A DNA stretch of 64,000 bases from Eledone cirrhosa (Eukaryota), in NCBI GenBank assembly GCA_964016885.1, contig OZ024741.1:94116001-94180000 (forward strand). The letters are read 5' to 3'. Positions within the stretch are counted from its first letter, which is position 1. Every line of letters begins with the position of its first letter. The notes beneath the pieces are model-generated. The model was not told the origin of the DNA, made no database searches, and worked only from the letters and a program-made list of their open reading frames with translations. The position numbers and the translations under genes were made by a program. Of the stretch, positions 12,301-26,276 are shown piece by piece.

Positions 12301-15049
12301 GCGATTTGTCCAAGTCCACATTGGTACATTCGAGAAATCCAATCGGTACCTGTCAGACAGTTCAAAACGCCTGAGCAGGTTGGTAAGGCTCTTGCACCCT
12401 CCACCCCTATCCGCTAATCCCACACAGTCCCAGCGTGCATCTAAGATCCCGTTCCAGTCGCCCACTAACACTAAAGAGCGAGATGTTCCAAGAAAGGTCT
12501 CCAGACGCCGGAAGAAATCAGGCCGCCCTGCTTCTGTCGGGGCATAGACGGCCACTAGCCTGAAAGCTTGCCCGTCTCCGCAGGTGACGTCCAGCACCAC
12601 CAACTTACCCTCTGGGTCCAGGAAGATGACCCGTATGGCGAGATCCAAACCTCTCCGAAAAAGCACAGCAATTCGTCCCCCCGATCCAGGACGGCTGGGA
12701 GATGCGTACATATCGTAGCCGCCGAAGATCGGTGCGAAGGCCACGTGCTTCGGAGATTCTGGTCTCGCTGATGGCCACTACATCTATGTTTAGTGACCTG
12801 AGGTCGTTGAGCAGGTGACCCTGCTTCCATGACGACCCCAAGCCACGCGCATTTATGCTGCCTATTCTGAGTGAGGTCATGTTTAAAATAGAGTGGAAAA
12901 GATGGGAAAGACCACTTACCGTACTTTTCGTAGAATAAGGATGGTTTCGCCATCCTTTTCACTGCTTCTGACCTCCTCCGGAAGGATGTCCTTATAAATC
13001 CACATGGAGAGTGTTTGTCGGAAGTCTCCGATGTCTTTGGGGAATTTTTGTTTTAGTGTCGTGTACGTTTTCTGTGTGATGCGAGTGATTTGTATGTGTG
13101 GAGTTGGTGTGAACTTTTGGGTTGTTGTGTAGTCTTTTTCTGTGATGCTGGTGTTGTGTTGAATGTAGTGTAATAATTGGTTGTTGTTCAAATTTATTGC
13201 TGTGTAGTGTGTATCGTTTTGGTTGTTTTGTTTGCGTTTGTTGTGGGTTTGTTTCTGTTTTTGGTGACTTTTGTGGTGTTGGTGATGGTGGTGTTGGGGT
13301 TAATGATGGTGATGGTGTTGGTGTTTGCGGTGATGGGGTTGATGATGCTGGTGTGGATGGTGGCATAGCTGTCCTAACTTTTTTGTTTGATAGTTTATTT
13401 GTTTCCCTCTGTATTTTGTTTTTGGAGGGGGAAGGAAGGGAATTTTTTCTTTTTTGGTTTCTTTTTCTTTTTTTCTTTTTTTCTGATACCGTTTCCCACT
13501 CCTCGTCGTCACAATCTGTCTCCAGTTGCGATAGGTCGGGGAGTGGAAAATCCTCCACAGCCGTTGGCTTTGGTTGTGTCGTGGCGGATGGTGTAGGCGC
13601 TGGTGCTAGTTCTGGCGCATTGGGTGGTGGTGGTGTTGGTTTTGCTACTGTTGCTGGAGTTGTTGTTGTTACAGTTGCTTCTGTTGTTGCTGCTACAGTT
13701 GTTACTGCCATTTCTGCTGCTGGTGGTGTTGATGGTTGAGTCACTGGGGTGGGTAAGAGAGGTGGTCTCAACCTTTTAGCCTGAGGGCAGAAACCCCTTA
13801 GGTGGGTTCCTTCACCACAAACGACACACCTAGGCCTTCTGCCCTCGACGATTACGGTGAGGTGGCTGCCGTCAGTGTGGTGTATTACCTTTGGGATCTC
13901 CTCAATGCTTTTTTGGTCCGCTTGGATCAGGAGCTCCATCCCAGATCCGGACCAGTTCTCCTGCTTTTCTATTGCTATTGTTATTATTTTCGTGTTGGCC
14001 TCGATGCCGGCGATGACAGCCGCTATTAGCCAGGGAATTTCGATGGCCGGTGGAACGTGGGTCACCCTGATCTTTACGAGTCTCTGGCCACAATAGCTTG
14101 GGACGAGTGTGAAGTCGTCACTTTTTAATGGGGCCATGGAGTGTTCTCTAGCCTCCTCTGGTGTTTCAAAGAACACATCCACGGTTCCATACTTTTGCCC
14201 ACGTCTGATGTGGGTTTTTCTTGCCCACACATGTCCCAAAGCTTTTTGGATTTGGGACTCGGATGCCCGTTCCACTCGGCGCGATTTTACATTTATTGTT
14301 CTATACGACACGGTGCATAGGCTCCGATGCTCCATTTTATTAGGTGTGTGTGGGGGTGGGGGGCGGGGGTGAGGCTGACTCTGTACCCATCTTTCTTTAC
14401 CATTTTTTGGGCTTCTTCTAATTCCTCCTGAGTTACCTGGAATGCTTCGCACTTTTTTGCTACTCTGGCAAAAGACAGGGATTTCTTATTCTCATTGTTG
14501 CTGTTGTTGTTATCGTTATTTTTGTTATTGTTAATTTTAGTTTCAGTTGTGGTGGTGGTGGCGTCAGTGGTGTTCGGTGTGGAAGAGTTCATTTTGGCTG
14601 AATTCGTTTCGATATCACGAGATAATTTATTTTTTTCTTTTGTTTCGGTTGTCGCTGTGGTGGTGTTGGGAGTGGCGACTTCAACACCTGCAGTCATTGG
14701 TAATGCCTGAGACAAATTTAAAATATTGCTACTGCTTATATTTTTAGTGTTGGCAAACGTAGTAATATTTACAATGGTGGTGTCGGTGTGAAGTGTTAGT
14801 TTGTGTGGAAGGTGTGACACTGAGTCGTCCATGATTTTTTCAAAGAAACATTTTTTTGTTTGATAATTATAAAAGTTTGAATTTTGGGCTCAAGGCCCCA
14901 ATCTTTTTGAGTGTCCTTTTCAGATAACAATGTATGTGCACTTATATACAGTTAACAATAAAAATGTTCCATAAATGGCAATTTTAAACAACTGAAAATA
15001 ACAAACCTTTGCGGAGCTCACGATAATACGATTTACTACGTAGGTTGCC
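9305..15049 (-). mobile_element. Tx1/L1-clade non-LTR retrotransposon copy B (near full length, defective)
   Basis: ORF1 with CX2CX4HX4C knuckle (CVVCGEGTHLRGFC) and Pro/Thr-rich linker; ORF2 from 12880 is APE+RT with several frameshifts and small deletions; flanked by (AAT)n. Confidence 0.93.
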
Positions 15050-15073
15050 AATAATAATAATAATAATAATAAT

Positions 15074-18000
15074 GGAACTGGAGATTAGGTTGGAAATGGA
15101 GAGTGGAGCATGCCAGGCAAACGAGCCAGTGGGAAATAAAGGTGAAGAGGTTGAGAGAACGGAGGAACCATCCGAAGCAGACAATGATCTGAATGCTGAA
15201 ATAAATAATACCTGGAACAAAGATACGGCCATTGAGGAAATGAATGCTGACGGGCTAGGACAAGATTTGGTTGATATCCTAAACTTAGTGGTAGATGAAA
15301 TGAATAATGATAGTGGGAAACCTATGAACCTAATATTTGTAGACAGGAAAAAGTTAAAAGAAACAACAGCTAAGGTAAACAAAGTCATCCCATACCTTGA
15401 GGCGATGAGCCTTCACCAGTGCAACAATATCCTCAAAGCAACAGCAAATGCGGTGAGGAAATTACTTGGCATAAAAGCGAGAGGAAACAATAAACAAGAA
15501 ATATCAGAACCTTGGTGGAAGAAACGACTGAATGGTCAAATCAGGGAAATGAGAAATGACATTGGAAAGCTTGAGTCTCTACTGAATGGGACACTAAAAA
15601 ACATAGACACTAAAAATAGACTGGAAATAAAGTACAAAACTAGGAGGAAAAAGCTAAATATTATCATAGAGGAACTGAAGCAACGCATTGTAGCAAAGAG
15701 TGCAAAGATTAGGCGATACGAGAGCAGAGTCAGTCAGTATAGACAGAACCGCATGTTTGACAACAACCAGAAGATGTTGTTTGGACAGCTTAAAGGGAAA
15801 GAAAGAGGCAACGACTTGATCCCTGAGGCGGAACAAACTAAGAATCCTGGAGAGGTATATGGGAGCAGGATGTTAAACATAATGACCAGGCAGTGTGGAT
15901 TGAGACAGTACAAAAGGAGATTAGTGAACAGGTACACCAACAAACTGATTTGAGTATCACAGTTGAAACTCTTAAGGGGCAGGCCAAAAAACTAACCAAC
16001 TGGAAATCACCAGGGCCAATGGTGTGCAGAGGTATTGGATTAAAAATATAACATCCCTCCACCCGAAACTGGCAACCATGTTCAATGACTGCTTGATGTC
16101 AGGTGAGGTACCAGATTGGTTGATAAAAGGTACTACAGTTCTGGTAATGAAAGACCGAATCAAGGATAATGATGTTACCAACTATAGACCTATCACATCT
16201 CTGTCCGTAATATGGAAACTGTTAACAAGCATTGTGTCTGAGGAAATCTACCATCACCTCCACACAAACAACTTGTTACCGGGCGAACAGAAAGGATGCC
16301 GAAAGAAGTCCCGTGGTACAAAGTACCAGTTACTTATTGATAAGATAGTAATGAGGAATTGCAAGAGGAGACACACTGGTCTTGTCATGGGATGGATAGA
16401 CTACAAAAAGGCATTTGACATGGTGCCTCATTCTTGGATCACCAAAAGCCTAGAGATCTTCAAGGTGGCAGATAACATCAGACAGTTGTTGAGCAAAAGT
16501 ATGAAGTCCTGGAAAACAGAGTTAACGTCGGCTGGAGAATCCTTAGGAGGCGTGAAGATCAAGAGAGGTATGTTCCAGGGAGATAGTCTGTCCCCTCTGT
16601 TGTTTGTCCCTGCCATGATGCCCCTGACCATTATACTGCGAAAAGTGGGAAAGGGAGAGCTTACCATCCATCACCTCCTCTTCATGGGCAATCTTAAGCT
16701 CTTCGGGAAGAGTGAGAAGGAGTTGGATGTGCTTGTTGACACTGTCCGTATTTTCAGCAATGATATATGTATGCAATTTGGTATTAGTAAGTGTGGAGTC
16801 CTTGTGATGAAGAGGGGTAAATTGAGCAGAAGCAACGGAATCCAGGTACCAACAGGTGAGATGATAAAGGAAATTGATACTGAAGAGAGATACAAATATT
16901 TAGGTGTTCTGGAGGCTGATGACATCAAGAACAAAAAAATGAAGGAATTGATAAGATCTGAATATATTCGGAGAGTGAGGAGCGTATTAAAGTCACATCT
17001 GAACAGTAGGAATGCCATAAGTGCAGAAAATTTCCGAGCTGTGTCTATTATTAGGTACAGTGCGGGAATTCTGAGATGAAATGTTGCTGAACAAAAAGAA
17101 ATGGATAGGAAGACTAGGAAGCTATTGAATATCTACAACATGTTCCATAAGAAAGAGGAGTCATATCGATAGACTCTACTTAAGGAGATCTGAAGGTGGA
17201 AGAGGTCTTATCAGCATAGAGGACTGTGTTCAGATGGAGAAAAGCAACCTACACAAATACGTGACTGATAGTAGGGAGCCAATGCTCAGAATTGTACTGA
17301 AGGAGAGGACAATAGACCAGGGGATGTCCAAGGAGGAAATAACAACAATGAGAAAGAGCAACCTTCATGAAAAATCCCTTCATAGTACCTTCTTTGTGAA
17401 AACTGAATTCAGAGATCCACAGACATGGAACTGGTTGAAAAGAGGAGACCTTAAAAAGGCTACAGAAGGAATGCTAATGGCTGCGCAAGAGCAGGCCCTC
17501 AAAACGAAGTGGCTGAAACATCATATTGACAAGGAGGAAGCTAGCCCACTGTGTAGGATCTGGGGAGAGAGAGAGGAGACTGAAGCTCACATTGTATCCG
17601 AGTGTAAACACCTAGCCCAGACTCACTATAAAGGCTGGAGACATGATGTGTTGGACAGGGTGATCCACTCGCATCTGTGCAAAGTAAACAATTTACCACA
17701 TTCTGAGAAGTGGTATGAGCATAAGCCAGAGTCGGTGATAGAGAACGATCAGGTGAAGGTGCTGTGGGATTTTAGGATACAGACGGATAAGAAACTGGAA
17801 CACAATAGACCTGACCTGGTGGTTTTGGACAAGGAAAAAAGATCGTGCCTGATTGTGGATGTGACCTGCCCATTCGACACGAGAGTGCAAGAGAAGGAGA
17901 GGGAGAAAATTAACCGATACCAGGACTTAAAGTGGGAGGTAAAAAGGATTTGGAACTGCCATGAAGTCAGAGTTGTCCCGATTGTCATAGGCGCACTAGG

Positions 18001-18197
18001 TACTATCTCAAAGAGTTTCCAAGGATGGTTAAAGAAAATTGGCCCCGCCCCGCTTTTTGGAACACTTCAAAAGGCATGCTTGGTGGGAACAGCAAGAACT
18101 CTCCGATACGTCCTGAATATCTGAGGCTGCAGGTAGTGGCTTGATATTCATTTCAACAAACTTTCCAGTTAACTAACATCAATGACTGAGACTCAAA

Positions 18198-18198
<1 letters not shown>
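15074..18198 (+). mobile_element. R4/Dong-like RLE non-LTR retrotransposon family 1, 5'-truncated, defective
   Basis: PWWKKRL, NYRPITSL, DYKKAFDMVPHSW, QGDSLSPLLF, catalytic motif decayed to FMGN, CCHC-like knuckle, RHD, NRPDLV..D..EK restriction-like endonuclease, PIVIGALG; flanked by (TAA)n. Confidence 0.9.
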
Positions 18199-18258
<60 letters not shown>

Positions 18259-18259
<1 letters not shown>

Positions 18260-21200
18260 TTTTCTTTATTAACCACAAGGGTTCACATAAAGTAGACATT
18301 AAGGACAGTACAGGACAATACAGGACGGTACAAATGGGCATTTCTGCGTGTAAAAAAACAGAGGTTGAAATAAAATAACAAAGAAAAATTCCCCAATAGG
18401 GGGGAGACTTCCAAGGGACATTTGTGGAGAAAGCCCATTAAAAGACCACAGTGGCCCTGACCACCAGGGCAAGTGCCCTCTCCCAGTTTTCCACCTTTAA
18501 TTTACAGACACATACTCAGAGAAGGCCCATTCATTCGGGCCATACTTGCTTCTCTCACCCATCTTTCAACAAAATGCTGGGAAGAGAGCACTTCCCTTTC
18601 TACCCTGATTTTCCTTTTCAAATGAAATTTGAAAAAGTTAATCAGGGCATCACCGAAGAGGTAAGTGCTCGTCTTCAGCCCTTTCAAACGTGTCCACCAT
18701 ACTATCTCTTTCGCCATGGCCACCAGACAGATAAAAACTGCCTGCCCTTCCAGGCTAAAGGAAGGGGGCGGGGCAATCGACACAATGGGCTCAGCTGATA
18801 GCTGGATCCATCCTACACGCGACAGCAGGTGTTCGACATAAACCCACAAGTCAGCAATGCTCGGACACTGGACGAGTGCGTGCAGGACGGTTTCGTCGCT
18901 CTGCGCGCATCTCGGACATGCCCGGCTGACGGCACCTCCATGCCTGTAGAGTTTATCCCGAACTGGCAAAGCTCCTCGGTAGCACTGCCAGGCCAGGGAT
19001 TTCTGGAAGTTGTCCATAGGCCCCGGCCCGAAAGTCCTTCCGAAGAGATTGGCTAGTTGATTTTCGTCGACGCCTAGAGTTTCTCCAAGTACGTCGTCGC
19101 TCTTCCCCTCCACTAATCCCCTATAGAACGCCAAGGTGGAGTTTCCGCCGATCACATTGCCCGATTGGTCGAGGGCTGTGAGCGCCTGAAGACATTCCAG
19201 TCTCCAAGCGCTCCCTCTCGGTCTTCACTTGACCCAGGACTGCAGCTCTGTCAAGGAGACGAGCTGGGGAAAAACGTGTCTTGCAAACGGCGACCACACC
19301 TGATCACCGTCGAGGAAGAGGTGGAGATGTCGTAGCCTGAGCGCGTGTCTGCGCATCATCAGCCACGGCATGCCCAGCCCTCCACGTAGCGGGTGTTGAC
19401 AGCAGATGGACCGCCTGACCATCGGAGCGCGTCCCTTCCACAAGAAGCGAAAGAGCAAACGCTCCAGCGCAGTCAGGCGGGGCTTAGGACGAGGTACGAC
19501 GGTCAGGCGGTAGTAGATGACGGATGCGATGTACGCATTCGCCACCTCCGCTCGACCTTTCAGGGATAGCTTCCTCTCAGCCCATTTCTGGGTGAGAGAA
19601 GCCACTCTGCTCGTCACCTCGTCCCAGTTTTTGTCCGTCTGGAGGTCTGGACCGAACCAGACCCCTAGCAATTTAACCGGTCCGTCCGTCCAGCGCCCGA
19701 CGACGCTGTTGGACGGCATGGACCTGCCTCTCCAGGTGCCGAGCTGCAGGCCCACTGACTTTTCCTGGTTGATCATTGATCCTGTCACCGCTTCGTATTC
19801 TCTTAGTGTAGTGCCGATCGCCTCGATGTGTTTGGCGTTCGACACCACTACGGTGACATCGTCGGCATATGCTGACACGGATCTTCCGCATCCTAGTTCG
19901 CGCGGGACCCCCCTCAACGTCTCCAGTTTGTGCAGTAATGGCTCGAGAGTCAATACGTACAATAGGGACGAGAGGGGACATCCTTGGCGGACCGAGCCCA
20001 TGATGTTGAACGGTTCCGAAAGGTGACCGTTCACTCTCACTACAGAGCAGATGTCGCTGTGCATGGCAGCGATCCAGCCTCTGAAGACGGGCTAAAAGCC
20101 AGCCGCCCTCAGGACTGCCGTTAGGTAACGATGGTCGACCCTATCGAAGGCTTTCGACTGATCTAAATTGATCAAGGACCCACCCGTGCCAGGTTCCCTA
20201 GCTACCCTCTCTACGATGTATCGCATGAGGTGGAGGTTGTCGTGGATGGATCTGTCGGGAATGGCGCATGTCTGTGCCTCTCGCACCAGACCACCAACGA
20301 CAAGCGCCAACCTCTTTGCTAGCACCTTGGCCAAAATCTTGAACTCTGTGTTTAGCAGAGTTATGGGCCTAAAATTATCTATGTTATCCCCCTTGTTCGG
20401 ATCCTTTCTCAGCAGCGCCACCGCTCCTCGGCTCACAGAGCTGGGAATTCTCCCGTTCTGTTGCCAGTTGCAGTAGACGTCCGCCAAGAGGCCTCCGAAC
20501 AAGTTTGGCATTTGTGCGTAAAGTTCATAGGGCAGACCATCCAAACCAGGCGATTTACCCCTTGTGCAACTAGTCATTGCATCCCGTACTTCAGCGGTTG
20601 TTATCGGCTTTTCGCAACACTCCGCCTCAGTGGCCGAAAGCCGCGGCAGTCCGTCAAGGTAGACACTAAAGTCCATCCCTCGATCCGGCCCGCCACTGCC
20701 CCCGAACAGTTGCGCGAAGTGTCGCTGAAAAGCTTCACACATTTGCCCGGGATCGAGTAGCATGCGCCCGTCGTGGTCCACCAAAGACCGGATCGTGGCT
20801 TTGTTGCCACGACGCGCCTCCGCCACTCGGGCCCATTGAACGGCTTTCGTCCCCTCGTGTCTGAGAGCACGCACCCTAGCTCTGACAACGCAGCCTTCGT
20901 GCTTTGCATTGAAGAATTGGTCAAGGGCCAATTTCGCCGCAAGTACGTCGGTCGCGATGCCTTTGCTAAGCGCCTCATCTAATTTTCTAACTAATTCTCC
21001 CTCTGCTCTATTTTTCTCTATTGCTGAAGCCTTACTAAACCTAATGGACTCTATTCTAATTGCTCTTTTCAGAGCAAACCACCACTTGTTGACGATGGCC
21101 CCCGTCAACGCCCGCTTAACTAGTTCGCTAATCCGGTCTCTGTAGGCCTTGCGCGCTGGTAAGGACGCGTTTAGCTTCCAGTAGCCGGGTCCTCGTCTAT

Positions 21201-24162
21201 GAAGCCTATCTAAGTCAAGCACACAGATCACGAATTTGTGGTCCATGTAGCTGACTATCTTGAATTGTGGCCAGCCTATGCTAGACCTATCTATTTCCCT
21301 ACAAAATACTCTATCTAGATATGATCTGGATGACCCAATGCGATTTGTCTAAGTCCACATTGGTACATTCGGGAAATCCATTCGGTACCTGTCAGACAGT
21401 TCAAAACGTCTGAGCAGGTTGGTGAGACTCTTGCACCCTCCTTCCCTATCCACTAATCCCACACAATCCCAGCGTGCATCTAAGATCCCGTTCCAGTCGC
21501 CCACTAACACTAAAGAGCGGGACGTTCCAAGAAAGGTCTCCAGACGCCGGAAGAAATCAGGCCGCCCTGCTCCTGTCGGGGCATAGACGGCCACTAACCT
21601 GAAAGCTTGCCCGTCTCCGCTGGTCACGTCCAGCACCACCAACTTACCTTCTGGGTCCAGGAAGATGGCCCGTATGGCAAGATCCAAACCTCTCCGAAAA
21701 AGCACAGCAACTCCTCCCCCCGATCCCGGACGGCTGGGAGATGCGTACACATCGTAGCCGCCGAAGATCGGTGCGAAAGCCTGTGCTTCGGAGATTCTGG
21801 TCTCGCTGATGGCCACTACATCTATGTTTAGTGACCTGAGGTCGTTGAGCAGGTGGCCCTGCTTCCATGACGACCCCAAGCCACGCGCATTTATGCTGCC
21901 TATTCTGAGTGAGGTCATGTTGAAAAGGAGTGGAAAAGATGGGAAAGACCACTTACCTTACTTCTCGTAGGGGAAGGACGGCTTTTCCATCCTTTTCACT
22001 GCTTGTGGCCTCCTCAGGAAGGATGTCCTTATAAATCCTCCTGGAGAGTGCTTGTCGGAAGTCTCCGATGTCTTTGGGGAATTTTTGTTTTAGTGTCATG
22101 TACGTTTTCTGTGTGATGCGAGTGATTTGTATGTGTGGAGGTGGTGTGAATTTTGGGGTTGTTGTGTAGTCTTTTTCTGTGATGCTGGTGTTGTGTTGGA
22201 TGTAGTGTAATAATTGCTTGTTGTTCAAATTTAATGCTGTGTAGTGTGTATCGTTTTGGTTGTTTTGTTTTGTTTGCGTTTGTTGTGGGTTTGTTTCTGT
22301 TTCGCATTTTGGTGACTTTTGTGGTGTAGGTGATGGTGGTGTTGGAGTTAATGATGGTGATGGTGTTGGTGTTTGGGTTGATGGGGTTGGTGATGCTGGT
22401 GTGGATGGTGGCATATCTGTCCTAACTTTTTTGTTTCTTAGTTTATTTGTTTCCCTCTGTATTTTGTTTTTGGAGGGGGAAGGAAGAGAATTTTTTCTTT
22501 TTTGGTTTCTTTTTTTTTTTCCGGATATCGTTTCCCACTCCTCGTCGTTACAATCTGTCTCCAGTTGTGATAGGCCGGGGAGTGGAAAATCCTCCACAGC
22601 CGTTAGTTTTGGTTGTGGTGTGGTGGATGGTGTAGGCGCTGGTGCTAGTTCTGAAGCGTTGGGTGGTGGTGGTGTTGGTTTTGCTGGTGGTGGTAGTGGT
22701 GTTGGTTTTGCTACTGTCGCTGGGGTTGTTGCTGTTATAGTTGCTTCTGTTGTTGCTGCTACAGTTGTTGCTGCCATCTCTGCTACTGGTGGTGTTGATG
22801 GTTGTGTCACTGGGGTGGGTAGGAGAGGTGGCCTCAACCTTTTAGCCTGAGGGCAGAAAGCCCTTAGGTGGGTTCCTTCACCACAAACGACACACCTAGG
22901 TCTTCTGCCCTCGACAATTACCGTGAGGTGGCTGCCATCAGTGAGGTCTATTACCTCTGGGATCTCCTCAATGCTTTTTTGGTCCGCTTGGATCAGGAGC
23001 TCCATCCCAGATCCGGACCAGTTTTCCTGCTTTTCTTTTGCTATTGTTATTATTTTCGTGTTGGCCTCGATGCCGGCGATGACAGCCGCTATTAGCCAGG
23101 GAATTTCGATGGCCGGTGGAACGTGGGTCACCCTGATCTTTACGAGTCTCTGGCCACAATAGCTTGGGACGAGTGTGAAGTCGTCACTTTTTAATGGGGC
23201 CATGGAGTGTTCTCTAGCCTCCTCTGGTATTTCAAAGAACACATCCACGGTTCCATACTTTTGCCCACGTCTGATGTGGGTTTTTCTTGCCCACACATGT
23301 CCCAAAGCTTTTTGGATTTGGGACTCGGATGCCCGTTCCACTCGGCGCGATTTTACATTTATTGTTCTATACGACACGGTGCATAGGCGCCGATGCTCCA
23401 TTTTATTAGGTGGGGTGGGGGGGGGGGGGGGTGAGGCTGACCCTGTACCCATCTTTCTTTACCATTTGTTTGGCATTTTCTAAATCTTCTTGAGTTACCG
23501 TGAACGCTTCGAATTGTTTTGCTACGATGGCGAAACTGAGGGTCGGTTTTATAATGTCATTGTTGTTGTTGTTGCTATCGTTAATATTAATTTTATTTTC
23601 AGTTGTGGTGGTGGTGACGTCAGTCGTCTTTGGTGGGGAAGAGTCCATTTTGCTTGATTTCATTTCGACGTCACGAGTTAATTTATTTTTTTCTTCTTTT
23701 GTTTCTGTTGTCGCGGTGGTGGTGGTGGTGGTGGTTGTCGCGGTGGCGGTGGTGGTGGAGGGTTTAACACCTGCAGTCATTGGTAATGGCGGGAAATGAA
23801 TGTCTGCCTGAGACAAATTTAAAATATTGCTACTGCTTATATTTTTTTTTTGTGTTGGCAAACGTAGTAACATTTACAATGGTGGTGTCGGTGTGAGGTG
23901 TTATTTTGTGAGGAAGGCTTTCAGCTGCTTCGTGCAGAGGGGGAATTAGCCATTTTTTTTCAAAGAAATTTTTGGATAATAATAAAAGTTAAAATTTTGG
24001 GCACAAGGCCCCAATCTTTTTGGGTGTCCTTTTCGGAAAACAATGTATGTGTGCTTATAAACAGTTTACAATAAAATTTTCCATAAATGGCAATTTTTAA
24101 ACAAACGGAAATAACAAACCTTTGCGGAGCTCACGATAATACGATTTCCTACGTAGGTCGCC
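18259..24162 (-). mobile_element. Tx1/L1-clade non-LTR retrotransposon copy C (best preserved)
   Basis: ORF1 ends at 21953. ORF2 runs 21918->18502 with intact YADD but nonsense codons at 21349, 20092 and 19225. Flanked by (AAT)n; its 5' end matches copy B. Confidence 0.93.
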
Positions 24163-24206
<44 letters not shown>

Positions 24207-24207
<1 letters not shown>

Positions 24208-26068
24208 GACACCCCTTTTGAATAGTGAAACAAAATCACTGGAAGCTGGAGAAGTTAATATTAAGTGTGGAATTTTTCAGGGTGACTCTTTATCACCGCT
24301 TTTATTCTGCATCGCACTTATACCATTAAGTAAAATGCTCAATGAAACAAAACATGGATATAAAGTCTATGACAAAACCATTAATCACCTGTTCTACATG
24401 GATGAACTGAAACTATTTGCAAAAAATGATGAACAATTGCAAGGGCTATTATCCACTGTGAAGCAGTTCAGTGATGACATTAAAATGGAGTTTGGACTAG
24501 ATAAATGCGCCAAAGCAACGTTCACCAGAGGAAAGCTGCTGAAGAGTTCAGACATTAATCTTGATCGGGGGAACGTGATAAGAGAACTTGATCAAGAAAA
24601 AACTTACAAATATCTAGGTGTTTGTGAAGGAGACGGAATCAAGCACTCGACAATGAGGGAAAGGATAAGGAAGGAATGTTACCGCAGAGTGAGAGCAATC
24701 TTAAAAACGGAATTGAATGCAAGGAATAGGATCGATGCCATAAACACGCTTGCCATACCAGTAGTAACCTAAAGTTACAATGTCATCAACTGGTCAAGCA
24801 CAGAGATCCGAAAATTCTTAACCATGCACAGAATGCATCACCGTAAAGCAGATATAGATAGAATATATCTCCCTAGGAAAGAAGGAGGACGTGGGTTAAT
24901 CCAGTTAGACATTGCGTTGAAAACTGCAACTATTGGATTATCTACATATCTAAGGGAATCACATGATTGGATGATCAAACTCGTTTTGAAACACGAAAGC
25001 ATCAAAAGATCATATTCCATTACAAAAGATGCACAAAGATACAGTAATGGACTACAAATTTCAGAAGTCCCATTTACTGCTGAAATGGAAAACACAGAAA
25101 AAGCAAAGCAGGTAAAAGTAACTGCAAAGAAAGAACTGCTACAGAAACTGGCTAAGAAATGGCAAGAAAAGGCTCTGTATGGAAAATACCCAGAAAGAGC
25201 TAACAATCCTGATGTTGACAAAACTTTAACCCATCAGTGGTTGGCATCCTCTGGACTGAAATCGGAGACTGAAGGACTGATTATATCGGCACAAGATCAG
25301 TGTCTGCCAACAAAAAATTACCAAGCCAACATAATAAAAAATGGGTGCAGCCCATTATGCCGTGTATGCAAAAAACAACCAGAGACCATTGACCATATAA
25401 TTTCAATGTGCAGTCCTATAGCTCCAACCGAATACCTAAACAGGCATGACAGAGCTGCACAATACATACATTGGATAATGTGTAAGCATTTTGACCTGCC
25501 CCATCAAAAGAATTGGTGGGAGCATCAGCCACCTCCCATACTTGAAAAAGATCACATCTCAATCTTGTGGAACTTTAGCATCCAAACAGACCGAAAAATA
25601 GATGCAAACAGACCTGATATAATATTGAAAGACTTTCAAAAGAGGGTATGCCTGCTAATTGATATGTATGTTCCAATAGACAAGAATGTATCTATAAAAA
25701 CATTTGAAAAATTGAGCAAGTATAAGGACCTGGAGATAGAAATTGGAAAGATGTGGAAATTGAGAACTAAAACAATACCAGTGGTTGTAGGCGCTCTGGG
25801 AATGATACCTAAGGAGTCTAATGATTACATATCGCAAATCCCAGGAAACCCGCGTATAGGAGAAATACAAAAGATAGTACTAATGGGAACTGCCCATATA
25901 CTAAGGAAGATTCTGTCAATATAAGTACATCACAAGTCTAAACACTAAAGATGCATGTGTGAATATGTATGTTCTTTCTTGAACATGGCGGACCTTGTTG
26001 TCTCTTGAGGTCACTGGTTGTGACTTGGTGATAACTCGTATGAACATAAAGCAAGATAAATGCAACTG
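24207..26068 (+). mobile_element. R4/Dong-like RLE non-LTR retrotransposon family 2, 5'-truncated
   Basis: GIFQGDSLSPLLF, YMDE (YMDD variant), CRVC..ETIDHIISMC, RHD, NRPDI..D, PVVVGALG; flanked by (TAA)n. Confidence 0.9.
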
Positions 26069-26090
26069 TAATAATAATAATAATAATAAT

Positions 26091-26276
26091 TGTTTCTACT
26101 TTTTGCACACACAAGGCCAGCAAATACCCAGTGTATTACTGGTACTTTATTTTATTGACCCCGTAAGGATGAAAGGCAAAGTTAACCTCGGCGGGATTTG
26201 AACTCAGAATGGCAAGGGCCGTAACTCTATGCGTCAAAGCATGGCGTCCGACCCTCTACCGATATTGCCAATCCAC
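26091..26276 (-). mobile_element. tRNA-derived SINE (Meta/MESC-like central domain)
   Basis: A-box-like TGGCAATATCGGTAG, B-box GAGTTCAAATCCC, central CTTTCATCCTTACGGGGTCAATAAA, tail GGCCTTGTG..AGAAAC-(ATT)n. About 12 copies in the window. Confidence 0.8.

Noticed and set aside
14345-23435. Programmed frameshift in ORF1 at the C-rich tract of copies B and C
   Set aside because: The shifts are in different frames in the two copies and lie in a homopolymer, so slippage or sequencing error is more likely.
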